Origin: Octopus sinensis
Taxonomy: Eukaryota
Direction: 5' to 3'
Assembly: GCF_006345805.1 (NCBI RefSeq)
Contig: NC_043016.1
Location: forward strand, 20,336,001 to 20,400,000
Length of the DNA: 64,000 bases
Shown here: positions 49,779-62,199 of the stretch, one piece after another
Numbering within the stretch: position 1 is the stretch's first letter
Layout of the letters: each line of letters starts with the position of its first letter
Program-made: the position numbers and the translations under genes
Notes under the pieces: generated by a model
Databases searched by the model: none
What the model saw: the letters and a program-made list of their open reading frames with translations, nothing else
What the model was told of the DNA's origin: nothing

Positions 49779-51355
49779 AGGTGATGAAAGTTATAGAAAG
49801 GGTCATAGCTCAATTAATTAGGAAGAGAGGTAGCGGAGATGCAGTTTCGATATGTGCCAAGGAAAAGCATGACTGATGCTATATTCCTGGATAGGCAACT
49901 GCAGCCGAAGCATTTACCCCAAAATAAACCTCTGTACTTGGCTTTTGTCAACATGGAGAAAGCCTTTGACAGGGTCCTCTACTCCTCTATCTGGTGGTCA
50001 ATGTGGAAGTGGGGATAGATGAGTGGTTAGTGAGAGCTGTACAAGCCATGTACAGGTATACTGCCAGTAAGGTGAAGGTTGGTAACCAATATAGCAATGA
50101 ATTCATTGAATGTGTAGGAGTTCACCAAGGATCAGTTCTCATCCTCTTCTTGTTTATCTTAGTCCTCCAGGCCATAACAGAGGAATTGAAGACCAGCTGC
50201 TTCTGGGGTCTCCTCTATGCTGATGACCTTGTTTTTATAGCTCAATCATTACTTGACCTAGAGAAGAATTTTCAGGTGTGCAAGCAAGGCCTGAAATCTA
50301 AGGGCCATAAGAGTTAATTTAGCAAAAACCAAAGTTCTAGTAAGTACAAAAACAGACAAATCACAAGTCCTTTCAGGGAGATGGCCTGTTCAATATGTAT
50401 GAAGGGGATTTGTAGAAATTCCGTTGTACCTAGTGTAAGCTTTAGACACATAAGAGGTGTAGCAGTATCACAGGAAGGTTAAAGGAAAAAGTAGTCATTG
50501 TGTGTAACAAATGTGTGGGTACAATAAGCACTAAAAATGCACAGGTAATAGACTCCTTCAAATGCTTCAGGGGACCATTAGAAGTAGTAGATAGTTTCTG
50601 TTACCTAGGAGACCAAGTTATCACCGTAGGGGGAAGCTCTTAGAGTGTAGTTACTAGAATAAGAATGGGCTGGAAAAAATTTCAGAGAGCTTCTACTTTT
50701 GTTGGTAACTAAGGGCCTCTCCCTCAAAGTGAAAGCCAGATTGTATGATGTCTGTGTACATACAGCTTTGTTACATGGTAGTGAAACATGGATTTTGACT
50801 TGTGAAGGCTTGAAAGAAATGAAGCTAGCATGTAAATGATTTAAGAGGAAAACTGGGTAAAGAGGTATCAAATTTTGTGTGCAAGAGAGAAGACTGCACT
50901 GGTTTGGTCATGTGATGAGTATGGATGAGGACAGCTGCTGAGCTCTAAGTTTGGCGGGAACTTGTAGAAGGGGTAGATTGAGGAAGACATGGGGCAAAGT
51001 GGTGAAAAGGTATCTTTGGATGCTGGGCCTTACTGAGGACATGACAATGGACCAGGAGTTGTGGCAATTTCCTGTACTTGAGAAGACATGCCAAGCTAGG
51101 TAAAATCACTGCCATCCATACATACAGGTTTGTCCTTCAAAATACACACATAAAATACACTCATGCTGGTGTGGCAAAATGCACCCATGCCAATGGCATG
51201 TAAAAAGCACCCTGGACAGTCAGCAAAGTGGTTAGGAAGGGCATCTAGTCATAAAAACCATGCTACAAGAGACAGAGTCTGGACAGCTGCATGTCAAATT
51301 GTCCAACCCATGCCGGCATGGAAAACAGATGTATGATGATGTTGATGATGATGAT
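49779..51355 (+). mobile_element. RTE LINE 3' part
   Basis: MEKAFDRV, GVHQGSVL, LLYADDLV, Cys finger, FCYLG, HWFGHV, 3' UTR and (gat)n tail. Confidence 0.9.
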
Positions 51356-51379
51356 ATATATATATAACAAAAATACATA

Positions 51380-51597
51380 AGATGAAAGATGGATTATACA
51401 AGAATTTATTATCCACGACAATCCCTCAAGGATGGGACACTCAACAACTGCTTCAGATATATGAGATACATCTGCACCACTGGATGCTCCTGAACCAGTT
51501 GTTGAGTGTCCCACCTGTGAGGCATTGATGCTAGATGTGTCGAAACAATTGTCATGATTAATAAATTATTCTATGTCCTTCTTCCGTCTTTCATTTG

Positions 51598-51598
<1 letters not shown>
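51380..51598. repeat. Inverted repeat with hammerhead motif, inside (TA)n
   Basis: tgggacactcaacaactg / cagttgttgagtgtccca; plus arm ccac CTG-TGA ggca..tgtc GAAA CAATTG TC (51511-51557). Confidence 0.75.
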
Positions 51599-51640
<42 letters not shown>

Positions 51641-51879
51641 ATATATACATACACATAAAATATTAAAATAAATATTAATATCCTCAAAATATATGTTAAC
51701 ACATTATCAACACTATTCAAAATTAGCAAAATCAAATTGAACATCAGAAGTATTACTAGTAGATAGACGCTAACAAAAAGACTGCTTAAAGTGAATTCAA
51801 CCTAACACATTGCTTTATTTGACTAATGGTGATGTCATTGGATAACAAAAATTCATTAAAAGTCAGTTTCAATCTTGCT

Positions 51880-54695
51880 TGATTGCTTGTAATGTTAATC
51901 AGCAAAATTGGCACTTACTGGGAAAATACCATGAATCAAGTTTATCCTGAAATGTTAATAAGAATCGAATGAAACAAGTTTCATGTAAATCAGTAAAGTA
52001 GTTTTCAAGATAGTAGAAATTTTCAGGGTATAAATACCCGAAATGGTGCATAATAGGAAAATGTTCCGAAAATTAACTTCATCCTGAGAGGGAAGAAACT
52101 CTTATCTTTCTATTAGACAGTGAGTTGACAACAAAATAAAGTTTTTTTTTTTTTTTGTTTTTACAATTTCTATTTTCATTTTTATTAAATACAATATTTT
52201 AATCATTTACAAGTATTTTTAAGTGAATGTGATTTCAAAAATGTAAGTTGTTTGTACAGTAAGTATTTATATTTTAGCTTTCTTTAAACAAATAATATTT
52301 TTATGTTGTTTAAAATTATTTTCAAGTGAATACCATTACAAAAATTTCTTTGTGACTTATTTAAAAATGTTCCAAAGTGAAAATAAATTTAAAAATACAA
52401 TAGATATTTTGTAAAAGACCCGTTTGTAACCTCAGTGTGAAATACTTTTTTCGAGTACATTCAACATATCACCCCTCCAAAGATTTGGCTTCTATTTCTA
52501 GCATGCCCTGCTACAACATAACAGCTATTTGTGAAAAAGGACCCAAAATAGTTCTTATGTGGTAGCAGGGTGTGCAAGAAATAGCAGCCAAATCTTTCCA
52601 ACCCACAAAACAAAACTCTGTTGCTGGGAAACTCAAGAGTTTCCTGGTGATCCAACAGGTCATAGGTAGTCTAGTATTATATTAAAAATGAACTTCAATT
52701 ATGCTTGCTTCCAACGTTACACAGCCAAACTGGTGCATAATGGGAAAATACTATGAATTAAGGTCCTCCTGAAATGTGAATACAAATGGAATAAAACAAG
52801 TTTCACATAAATTGGGCAGCTGATTCTTGAGATATTGGGGTTTTTTGGGGGGTATAAATACTCCAAACAGTGCATAATGGGAAAACACTCCAAAAATAAC
52901 TTAACCCTGAAAGGTAAGAAACTAACTTTTCAATTAGACACATTACGATGAGCAAAATTCTTAGTGACTTGCCAATGAAGAAATACAAGTTGTTTTTTTA
53001 CAGTAAATGTTTCTGTTTTCGCTTTTGTTAAACACAATATTTTAATGATTTAGAAATATTTTTAAGTGAATGTGATTTCAAAAATGTAAGTTGTTTGTAC
53101 AGTAAGTATTTATATTTTAGCTTTCTTTAAACAGACAATATTTTTATCTTTTTCAAAATTATTTCAAGTGAAAAAGGGGGGGGGCATATTAAAAATATCT
53201 TAAAGTGAAAATGACTTTTAAAATATAGTAAATATTTCATAAAAGATCCGTTTGTAATCTCAGTGTTAAATAATTTATTTCCATAGGTTTTTTCAAGTGC
53301 ATTCAACGTATTTCACCTCCAAAGATTTGGATGCCATTTCTAGCACACCCTGCTACTACATAACAGCTATTTGTGATAAAGGACCCAAAATAACTGTTAT
53401 ATGGTAGCAGGGCATGCAAGTAATAGCAACCAAATCTTTCCTTTTCTGGGTAAAGGAGCCATTTACATGTGATTTCGGTGTCACATTTGTTGAAAGCATG
53501 TGAAATAATCTGGAAACGAAGAAGAAAAACTCGCGAAACAAAACGCTGTTGGTGGGACAATCTAGGTGAAGTATTTTTGAACAATTGCATCTTAGTACCT
53601 CTTAACCAAATGATGAGAAGCATCAATTCCACCTATATCAGATGCTTCCCAGGAATCATAAAAGAGTACTGATACCACTCATTTCCCAACTGAATACCTT
53701 GATTCACTTGAACTATCAAGACTGCCACCACAAAAGCTGGAATTGAAAAAAGGATTGCCTATAATTCAAATGAGAAACTTGAATCCTTCAAGGCTTTGTA
53801 ATGGAATGCACATGAACATGGAAGAACTGCACAAGAATCTCATAGTAGCAAGAATCAACACTGCCACTTTCAGAAATGAAATCATTACGATACCAAGAAT
53901 AACAATTAATCTATCTGAAGGTGAGGATATCCCTTTGCAGCAAAGTCAATTCCCAGTTCAATCATGCCAATTCTTAACGCACAAAGACAAACTATGGACA
54001 ACTTCTTGATTTATCTGGAACATCCTGTATTCCAACATGGTCAACTGTATGTAGCTGCAGAAAACGAAAGGAGAATGTCAGAGTGTTTCTGAAAGATACC
54101 CAGTCACCTAAGAATGCTATCATCAAAAGCATTTTTTTAAACAAACTGTAACAGCGTCAAAATTAGAAAATATTCCTTCTGACGTCAGAACACGGAAGAA
54201 AAAGGGAAAACTAAGACAAGTATGAATAGTTGCCTTCATTTCAATGCAATGTTGAATTCAGCCTCAATGTTTTATAACCTGAACCGTCAGTGACCCAACA
54301 GGGCCATTTGTGCGTGATATTGATGTAAATAGAAGGGTCGATGAGACTAATGAAGCAAGAGCTGAGCATCTGGCAGAACAGAGGGAAAGAAACAGAAGCA
54401 GCAGAGATCAGGAATCAGACACTTGAAGAGTTGAGACAAAAGCAGGAGACGTCTTGAATTGGATGCTCATGTGAATACAAATGGAATAAAACAAGGTTAC
54501 CACAGGTAACCAAGTAAATATTTGGGGGTGGGGATATCTTTATAAATAACCAAATGTGTGTATAATGGGGAAAATGCTTTGAAAGTAAGGTACCGCTGAA
54601 ATGTGAATACACACAAAATGACAGAAGTTTTGCATAAATTGGATCACGGTTTTGTCAGGTACCTTTGGGGACCCAACAGGTCATAGGCAGTCTAG
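51880..54695 (+). mobile_element. Composite/tandem Helitron-derived region
   Basis: 51890-52590 recurs at 52730-53440; hairpin plus CTAG ends at 52671-52674 and 54692-54695. Confidence 0.7.
53600..54060 (+). pseudogene. Helitron PIF1-like helicase remnant
   Basis: LPPQKLELKKGLPIIQMRNLNPSRLCNG...IPRI...QFPV...HGQLYVA. Confidence 0.85.
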
Positions 54696-54948
54696 CATTA
54701 TTATAAAAATGAAAAATAAACATATTTAAGAAAGGTAATTTTTGTATTCAACTATTAGTGACATAAGTGGATAATGAAATAATAACAAAAAAAAAATAAA
54801 CATAAGAATTCTACATTATGACAATTCTAAATATACAGAAATATAATCTAAAAAAGCCTATTTATGTATTCAACTATTGGTAATGTCACTGGATAATTAA
54901 AGAATAAAAAATGAAGATAAAAATTCTATGATTATTAGAAACTTAGAC

Positions 54949-55229
54949 ATCATCATCATCATCGTTTAACGTCCGTTTTCCATGCTACATGGGTTGGACG
55001 GTTCAACTGGGGTCTGGGAAGCTAGAAGGCTGTGCCAGGCCCAGTCTGATCTAGCAGTGTTTCTACAGCTGGATGCCCTTCCTAACGCCAACCACTCCGT
55101 GAGTGTAGTGGGTGCTTTTTACATGCCACCTGCACAGGTGCCAGACGAGGCTGGTAAACGGCCACGATCGGATGGTGCTTTTTACGTGCCACTGGCATGG
55201 AGGCCAGTCGGGCCGGCGCTGGCAACAGC
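54949..55229 (-). mobile_element. RTE 3' tail
   Basis: (cat)n cgtttaacgtccgttttccatgct...ggatgcccttcctaacgccaaccact. Confidence 0.9.
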
Positions 55230-56224
55230 TACTTAAACAACAATTAGTTATCTACTTATTAAACCTTTTAGAAGAATTAACCTTATTATATGATATATGA
55301 AAAATTATTATAATTAATAATTGAAATATTTGAATGTCTTTCTAAATTCATGGCAACATCTTATTGTAAAGTTCACATTAAAATTCAATAAAATTAATTT
55401 AGAAGTAATTATATAATATGTTTCTTCAAGGCAAAGATCACATGTAGAATTACCAATATTGTACAATGGTGCATAAGTAATAATGGACCATTTTAAATCC
55501 TACTTAATGTTCTTATCTCTTAAATCCCAAATGCATTTACTAAGGTTTGTAGAATTACTTTTTCTTCTATACTTAAATGAATGAAAATGATTATGAAATC
55601 TAGATTTCCATATAGTAGCAGATAACCAATATAATAATACTTATGATCTCCTGTTATTATTATCTTACACTGATATACCATATATTTTTCCTTAAACACT
55701 CATTTTCTAAAGGACATACAATTTTGTTTATTCATTTGCATTTGGTACACATAGTTAAAAAAATTTTTCACTAGTTCCCCCTCTGCAAATTAGGTGGGAT
55801 TATTATTATTAGAATTAATATTAAAGCTAGGTGATAACCTAACTGTATTATCAGAGTCATGATTACTTATAGAATCAAAACCTAGTTCAGAAAGAGTATC
55901 ATTAGAGTTATTAGATATTCCCTAAATCTCTGTTTATTGTGTGCTGCTATAATCTCCTTGTAAAGCTTTTGTATTCAACCACTAGAAATTTAACTATGGC
56001 AATTAAATAATTTCCCATATTTACTTGGAGGTGGGAAATACTTATCAGGAGCAGCAAAAAATTTTCAGGGGATATTTGAAACTATTGAATAATAGAATGG
56101 AGTATTATACCATATAAGATTTGTTGATCTATTCTTTTCATTATCTATATAAACTTTTTTTATTAGTATTACCTTTATTAACACTGGATTTTTTCCTACT
56201 GTCTTACTGTAATTTTATTCTTAA

Positions 56225-56259
<35 letters not shown>

Positions 56260-56260
<1 letters not shown>

Positions 56261-56834
56261 GCCAAGTGAGACCATAACCCATGGCCTATGCCAGTGGTGT
56301 TACCAGCCCACTTATCCGTACCTTCCCTTCATTGGACACTAAACTCTGCTTGCAAAGACCTGTTAAGGCAAGTGAAATCGAAATCAAATTCGATGACAGC
56401 ACCACTTGACTGGCATCCATGCTAGTGGAGCGCTAAGAGCACCATCCAAGCATGATTGTTGCCAGGGCCGCTGACTGGTTCCTGTGCCGGTGGCACGTAA
56501 AAAGCACCATTTGAGCGTGATTGTTACCAGTGTCACCTTACTGGCACTTGTGCTGGTGGCACATGAAAGACAACATTTGAGCAAGGTCGTTGCCAGTGCT
56601 GCTGGACTGGCTCCTGTGCAGGTGGCACGCAAAAAACACCATTTGAGCGTGGCCATTGCCAGTACCGCCTGACTGGCCCTTGTGCCGGTGGCATGTAAAA
56701 GCACCCACTACACTCTCGGAATGGTTGGCATTAGGAAGGGCATCAAGCTGTAGAATCTCTGCCAGTCCTCAGTCAAACCGTCCAACCCATGCCAGCATGG
56801 AAAGCAGATGTTAAACGATGATGATGATGATGAT
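56260..56834 (+). mobile_element. RTE 3' UTR with tandem repeats of about 66 bp
   Basis: tgtgccggtggcacgtaaaaagcacc repeated four times, then the standard RTE tail and (gat)n. Confidence 0.85.
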
Positions 56835-57574
56835 TATTATCATTATTATTATTCATACCAACCACATATTTAGAATTTACATTTTCAGACCTACACTTAT
56901 TAATAATATGTTCATCTTTAATACTTAGATTTTTGCTAACACATTTGTATCATTATTGCTCTTTCTTTTATTTAGCTCAGTTAAAAAAGATTGCTTAATT
57001 CATTTATTTCTATCTAAATTTTTCAGTTTTATTATACTCCCTATTAATTTCCATCTTATCCAAAATTTTATTTATTTCCAGGAATTTTATTATTATTATC
57101 ATTCTGGATACAGTAAATTTTATCTTTATATCCAGCTTCAAATAAAGCATGGTTATAGCAATTTTGATTTCGTTTAAATACATCCTCATTAGCCGAAAGT
57201 CTCAGTATATATTTGTAATGATATAATTTATTATGCTTCATGGATGATTTGAATTTTTATTTACATATCTTAAGCACTCATTAGGCTGATAATGTAGGAA
57301 TAGCTCCTTACTTAAACCAAGAGTAATATCAAGGAAGTTAGTTCTAGTATAGTATAGTGACACATAGATCAAGATGCTTAAATAATTTAAAAAGACTTTT
57401 TTTGGACCTTTCTAAATTAACCACATTATATCTATATATAGTGAATAGAACATCATCTCTATATAACCCACCTCTTAATTCAAGAAATTCATTATGTATG
57501 TGTGGTATCCTCCATCTTCAATGTCATGGTACTGACATGATATTGTGACAGATGGTTTAGATAAACTGTACCAG

Positions 57575-57874
57575 TGTTGTAACAGTAAACAAGATAACGA
57601 TGCAGTCATAATAACAATGTAACAACCCAACAAGCTCTTCATGAACCTACAATCAATATTCCAAACAAACTAACTAGCCGACACCTTCTGACTTCACTGT
57701 GAACTCAACTCAAATTAACTCACATACTTCACTCCAATCACTGCTATTTATAATCAGTTGGTCCAATCTATTTCTCACAAGGGGGTGTCATGACTCTCAT
57801 CACAACATCTTCCTTTTGAGATTTCAACTTCCGTAAGTGTCGCAGTGTATTCGTTTATCAATAAGGATATAACA
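57575..57874 (+). repeat. 5' LTR (about 300 bp)
   Basis: TGTTGT...ATAACA ends, tatttataa TATA-like box, aataa near the 3' end, directly followed by a PBS. Confidence 0.7.
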
Positions 57875-57876
57875 TC

Positions 57877-57889
57877 TGGTGACAAGGAT
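57877..57889 (+). promoter_or_regulatory. Primer-binding site (tRNA-Ser-like)
   Basis: TGGTGACAAGGAT is a CpG-decayed TGGCGACGAGGAT, complementary to the tRNA-Ser(GCU) 3' end. Confidence 0.7.
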
Positions 57890-60096
57890 CATTCAAAACT
57901 CACATTGTTATTTGACAACTTCTACATCATGGAAAACCTATTAGATGCAGTAGTGCAGCTTCAAGAGAAGTAACAGCAACAACTACAGGAGTTGCAAAAG
58001 CAAACACTACAACTACAACAATTGAGTTACAGTTGGTGAAGTCTGAAAATCAAGAAAGTTCATTTACATCAGGTGTCGTGGCTAACGCAATTTCTGAATT
58101 TACGTATAATCCAGAGGAGGGTATTACATTTTCCGTGTATTATAGATGATATGAAGAAATTTTTTAATGAGTGGAAGTCATGGTTGGAGGAACAAAAAGT
58201 AAAGCTTTTACTATGCAAGGTAGCTCCTGTTACTGTAACTTTATTCTGCCCAAAAACTCAAGTGAGATTGGTTTCCAAAAAAACCATGGAATTGCTTTCA
58301 AAAATGTTTGTAATAGAAGTTCTTTATTCAATACCAGAATGGAGTGTTGGAACTTAACAAATGAGGAGGATGGTTTGTCGAGATTTCAAACTCCAGGATC
58401 TCACCCAGGATATGTTCAAATCACTTGTCCTCAAGCAAGGATTTATAGCACCCGAAGATAGAGAAATTCAGGCAAGGATTCTTTTGAAAATGGTGCAAGC
58501 GAACCAAGATTTATCTCCACAGACCATCACCAAAGAATGTCAGACTATGGTAAATCTTAAACATGATGTGAAAAAAATGCAAGACAAAGACACTGCAAAA
58601 ATTCAAAAATGTGTCATCCTAGGAAGCACAATCAAAAAAAAAAAAGTGTCAGGTCCCAATCCATGTTATGGTTGTAGAGGCCTACACTACAAAAAGGACT
58701 GTCCATTTAAAAACAAAAAATACTATAATTGTCAGAAGCTGAGACACAGAAGTTCTCATTGTAGAACAAGACTACGAGGCTCAAACACAAAAAGTTTTAA
58801 GGTGTTTTCAGTGGGGAGTGACTGCAACAGAAAAACAAGAAAATTTGTGCAAGTGAAAATAAATGACATGAATACCAAATATATACACAGGTAGTGACAT
58901 CTTGATTATAAATGCAGATACTTGGAAAAAAATTGGTAAACCAAGATTATGTAAAACAGTAAAAATAGTGCATGGCGTGGGGAATGAATTACATTTAACA
59001 GGCAAAACATGTATCAACATCATATTTTGAGGAGAGGCATGCAAAGCAAAATTATTTGTTGTGGATAATACAATCAATCTGTTTGGTATAGATTGGTTAG
59101 AACTATTCAATTTATGTCACCTCCCCATAAACCTTTACAGCAATAACATAAATGGTTATCCCATTTGGAAGAACTGACGAAAAAATTGAAAGAAATGTTC
59201 CCACAAGTGTTACCAGAAGATCTAGGTCTATGTAGAAACATGGATGCCTATTTCTAAGTAAGTGAAAACACTGTACAAGTATTTAAAGCAAACAGAAGAG
59301 TACCATTCACAGCAATTGAAACCATAAATGAAGAATTGGACAAACTCAAAAAACATGGAGTCATCAAAAATGTGGATTACACGAAATGGGTGGCACTCAC
59401 AGTATGTATTAAAAAAAAAAAAGATTAGGTTGTGTGCCAATTTCTCTACAGGATTGAACAACTGCTTAAAAGCATACCACCATCCACTCCCAACTGCAGA
59501 GGACATTTTTTCAAAGTTAAATGCTGAAAAATTTTTTTTCCAAATTAGATCTGTCTGAAGCCTATTTACAGATAAAATGAAAAATGAAAAATGCTCAAAA
59601 GTATTTGACAATAAATACACACAGAGGATTGTACAGATGCACATGATTACCTTTTGGATTAAAAGTGGCACTAGCAATATTCCAGCAAATCATGGATATA
59701 ATGTTATCTGATTGTAAATTTGTAATCCCATACTTGGACAATATTTTGATCAAGAGTAATTCTTGTGAGCAGCATGTGGAACATATAAAAGCTGTGTTTA
59801 AGAAAATTAAAGTTTCCGGGTTCATTTTGAGTGAAGAAAAATGTGAATTCTTTTTACTCCAAATTAAGTACTTAGGACAAATAATTCACAAAAGTGGTGT
59901 ATGACCTGACCTGTTGATGGCAGACACAATAAGGAATATGCCTGCACTGACAAATGTTCCAACTTTACAAGTATTTCTTGGGTTGGCAAACTAGTATCAA
60001 AGTTACATTCCTAATATGCCAAGTTAAGAGTTCCACTTAAATGACTTATTGAAAAAACAAGGTAAAGTGGAATGTACATGTAGTGGAATGTACATG

Positions 60097-60800
60097 TTAC
60101 TTGACCCAAATCACTGCACTCCATAGTAATGTCAAAATAATCAGGCCTGTCAGTTCTAGTCCAATACTTCCCATTGAATTCAATTATGGTTTTCCTAGCT
60201 GTTAGTACTATATCAACCTCTTGGTTACTTGACCCAAATCACTGCACCCTATAGTAATGTCAAAATAATCAGGCCTGTCAGTTCTAGTCCAATACTTCCC
60301 ATCGAATTCAATTATGGTTTTCCTAGCTGTTAGTACTATATTGACCTCACATTTGGATAATTCTGAATTCTTCATAGTGAAAATTAATGCTTTATTCAGA
60401 AAGATAGTGTTGATAGATGAGTAATAATTAGAAATATCCAACTGAATGAATCTAGTATGTTTTTTATCCTTAGTGTTAATGTCAGTGAACCAACTAATAA
60501 CCTCCAAAGAATTAGATAAAAAAAAAACTAATATATTGTTCACGCTTAGGAATATGTAAATGAATAATAAATTTACTAATCTTATAAATATCTTGTTTCA
60601 ATGGGCAGATCAGCCTAACCTGTGGATCAATATTACAATTAGGATTAAATTAGTTCTGGGGGTTTTGGGAGTGTAAGGTTCAGTTCGATTTTCAACTTGT
60701 AGGTCTTCAAAAATGCCTTTGACAATTATGTTAATGCTTAGTAAATTTTCTTTGGAGGTAATTTTATAATCCTTTGTTGTTTTGTAACTAAAGAGAAGTA
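60097..60800 (-). mobile_element. Penelope-like element RT fragment with 128-bp junction duplication
   Basis: FIQLDISNYYSSI...ARKTII...FDITIGCSDLGQV; 60097-60220 recurs at 60225-60347. Confidence 0.8.
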
Positions 60801-60924
60801 TTTTTCTTGTTTATTCTGCACACATAAGAGTATGTGCATTGGAGAACTATTGGCATATATCTATGCACATAAGTATATGTATGTATGTTTATGCATATAT
60901 ATATATATATATATATATAGGGTT

Positions 60925-61692
60925 TGGTTCTTAGCTCCCATTTTATTTATCATGGTCCTCCAAGCTATAACTGAGGAACTTAAGACTGGCTGCCCTTGGG
61001 AGCTCCTCTATACTGATAACTTTGTTCTTATTGCTGTATCACTACCAAAACTGGAGAAGAAATTTCAGGCATGGAAGCAAGGGCTGGAATCAAAGGGCCT
61101 TAGAGTTAATTTAACAAGGACAAAAATATTGATAAGGGAGATGGCTCTGCTCAATATGTAGAAAAGGTGTCAGGAAAAACTCCATATGGTGTACACTGTG
61201 CAAGCTATGGACATATAAGAGGTGCAACTGTGTCACTGGATGACTAATGGAGAAAGTAGTCTTTACATGTGGCAAATGTGCAGGTACATTAAACACCAGT
61301 TATATAAAAAAAACAAAAAACTCCTTCATATGTCAGTGGAGATCCCTAGAACTAGTAGACAGTTTCCGTTTCTTAGGTGACCAAGTTAGTAGTAGGGGTG
61401 GTTGTTCCAAAAGCATAGCTGCTAGAATAAGAATAGGCCGAGTAAAGTTCAGAGAATGACTACTTCTGTTAGTAACAAAGAGCATCTCCCAGTGAAAAAA
61501 GCACCTGTGCCGGTGCTGCATAAAAGCACCCATTACACTCTGTAAAGTGGTTGGCATTAGGAAAGGCATCCGATCATAGAAACCATGCCAAAACAGATAT
61601 GGAGCTTGAACAGCCCTTCAGCTGGTAAGCTCTTGTCAAACTATCCAACTCATGCTAGCATCGAAAACAAATGATGATGATGATGATAATGA
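60925..61692 (+). mobile_element. RTE LINE 3' fragment with internal deletion
   Basis: LQAITEELKTGCPWELLY, Cys finger, FRFLGD joined directly to the 3' tail. Confidence 0.88.
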
Positions 61693-62199
61693 TATACACA
61701 GACAAATATTGCCTGTGATGATTTTACAATCTGTGAACTGTATTTATAAATGCGTAGTTATAGAGTACATGTAATGCATGTATGTAACCTGTGGATCCCA
61801 CATGCATGTTTCTACATGTAATACATTATTCATGTACACACTTATATGTACATGTGTATGTTTATGGATATATGACTACAATATGATGTTCATAATGATT
61901 TGGAATATATATATTATCATCATGTGTGCAGCTACTTCTGCATCCTGGAAACTGACTGTTGCTTTAATAATAATTTTGAAAACTCCCTACCCTTCCTCAA
62001 CCTTATCTGCTTCCCTCTCCCATAGCAGTCGCATATCCAAAAGCCTTTACAGGACTGAAAGAAATTGTAATTGTAATCCATGCTGAAACCTGTGCCTGCT
62101 TACAGGAAGCTGTTGGACCTGCTACCTTCAGGCAAACTATCATAATGATCTTCTTTTGAGATGCTGAAAACATCCCTCACAACTTCCATCTCAGGCGTC

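Larger units (their letters stand above)
57575..60075 (+). mobile_element. Gypsy (Mag-like) LTR retrotransposon, 5' LTR to RT, truncated
   Basis: gag with two Zn knuckles (CYGCRGLHYKKDC, YNCQKLRHRSSHC), protease HTGSDILII, RT IRLCANFSTGLN, YLDNILI, YLGQII. Confidence 0.92.

Noticed and set aside
56480-56706. CRISPR array
   Set aside because: The spacers are homologous to each other, there are no cas genes, and the array lies in a eukaryotic LINE 3' UTR
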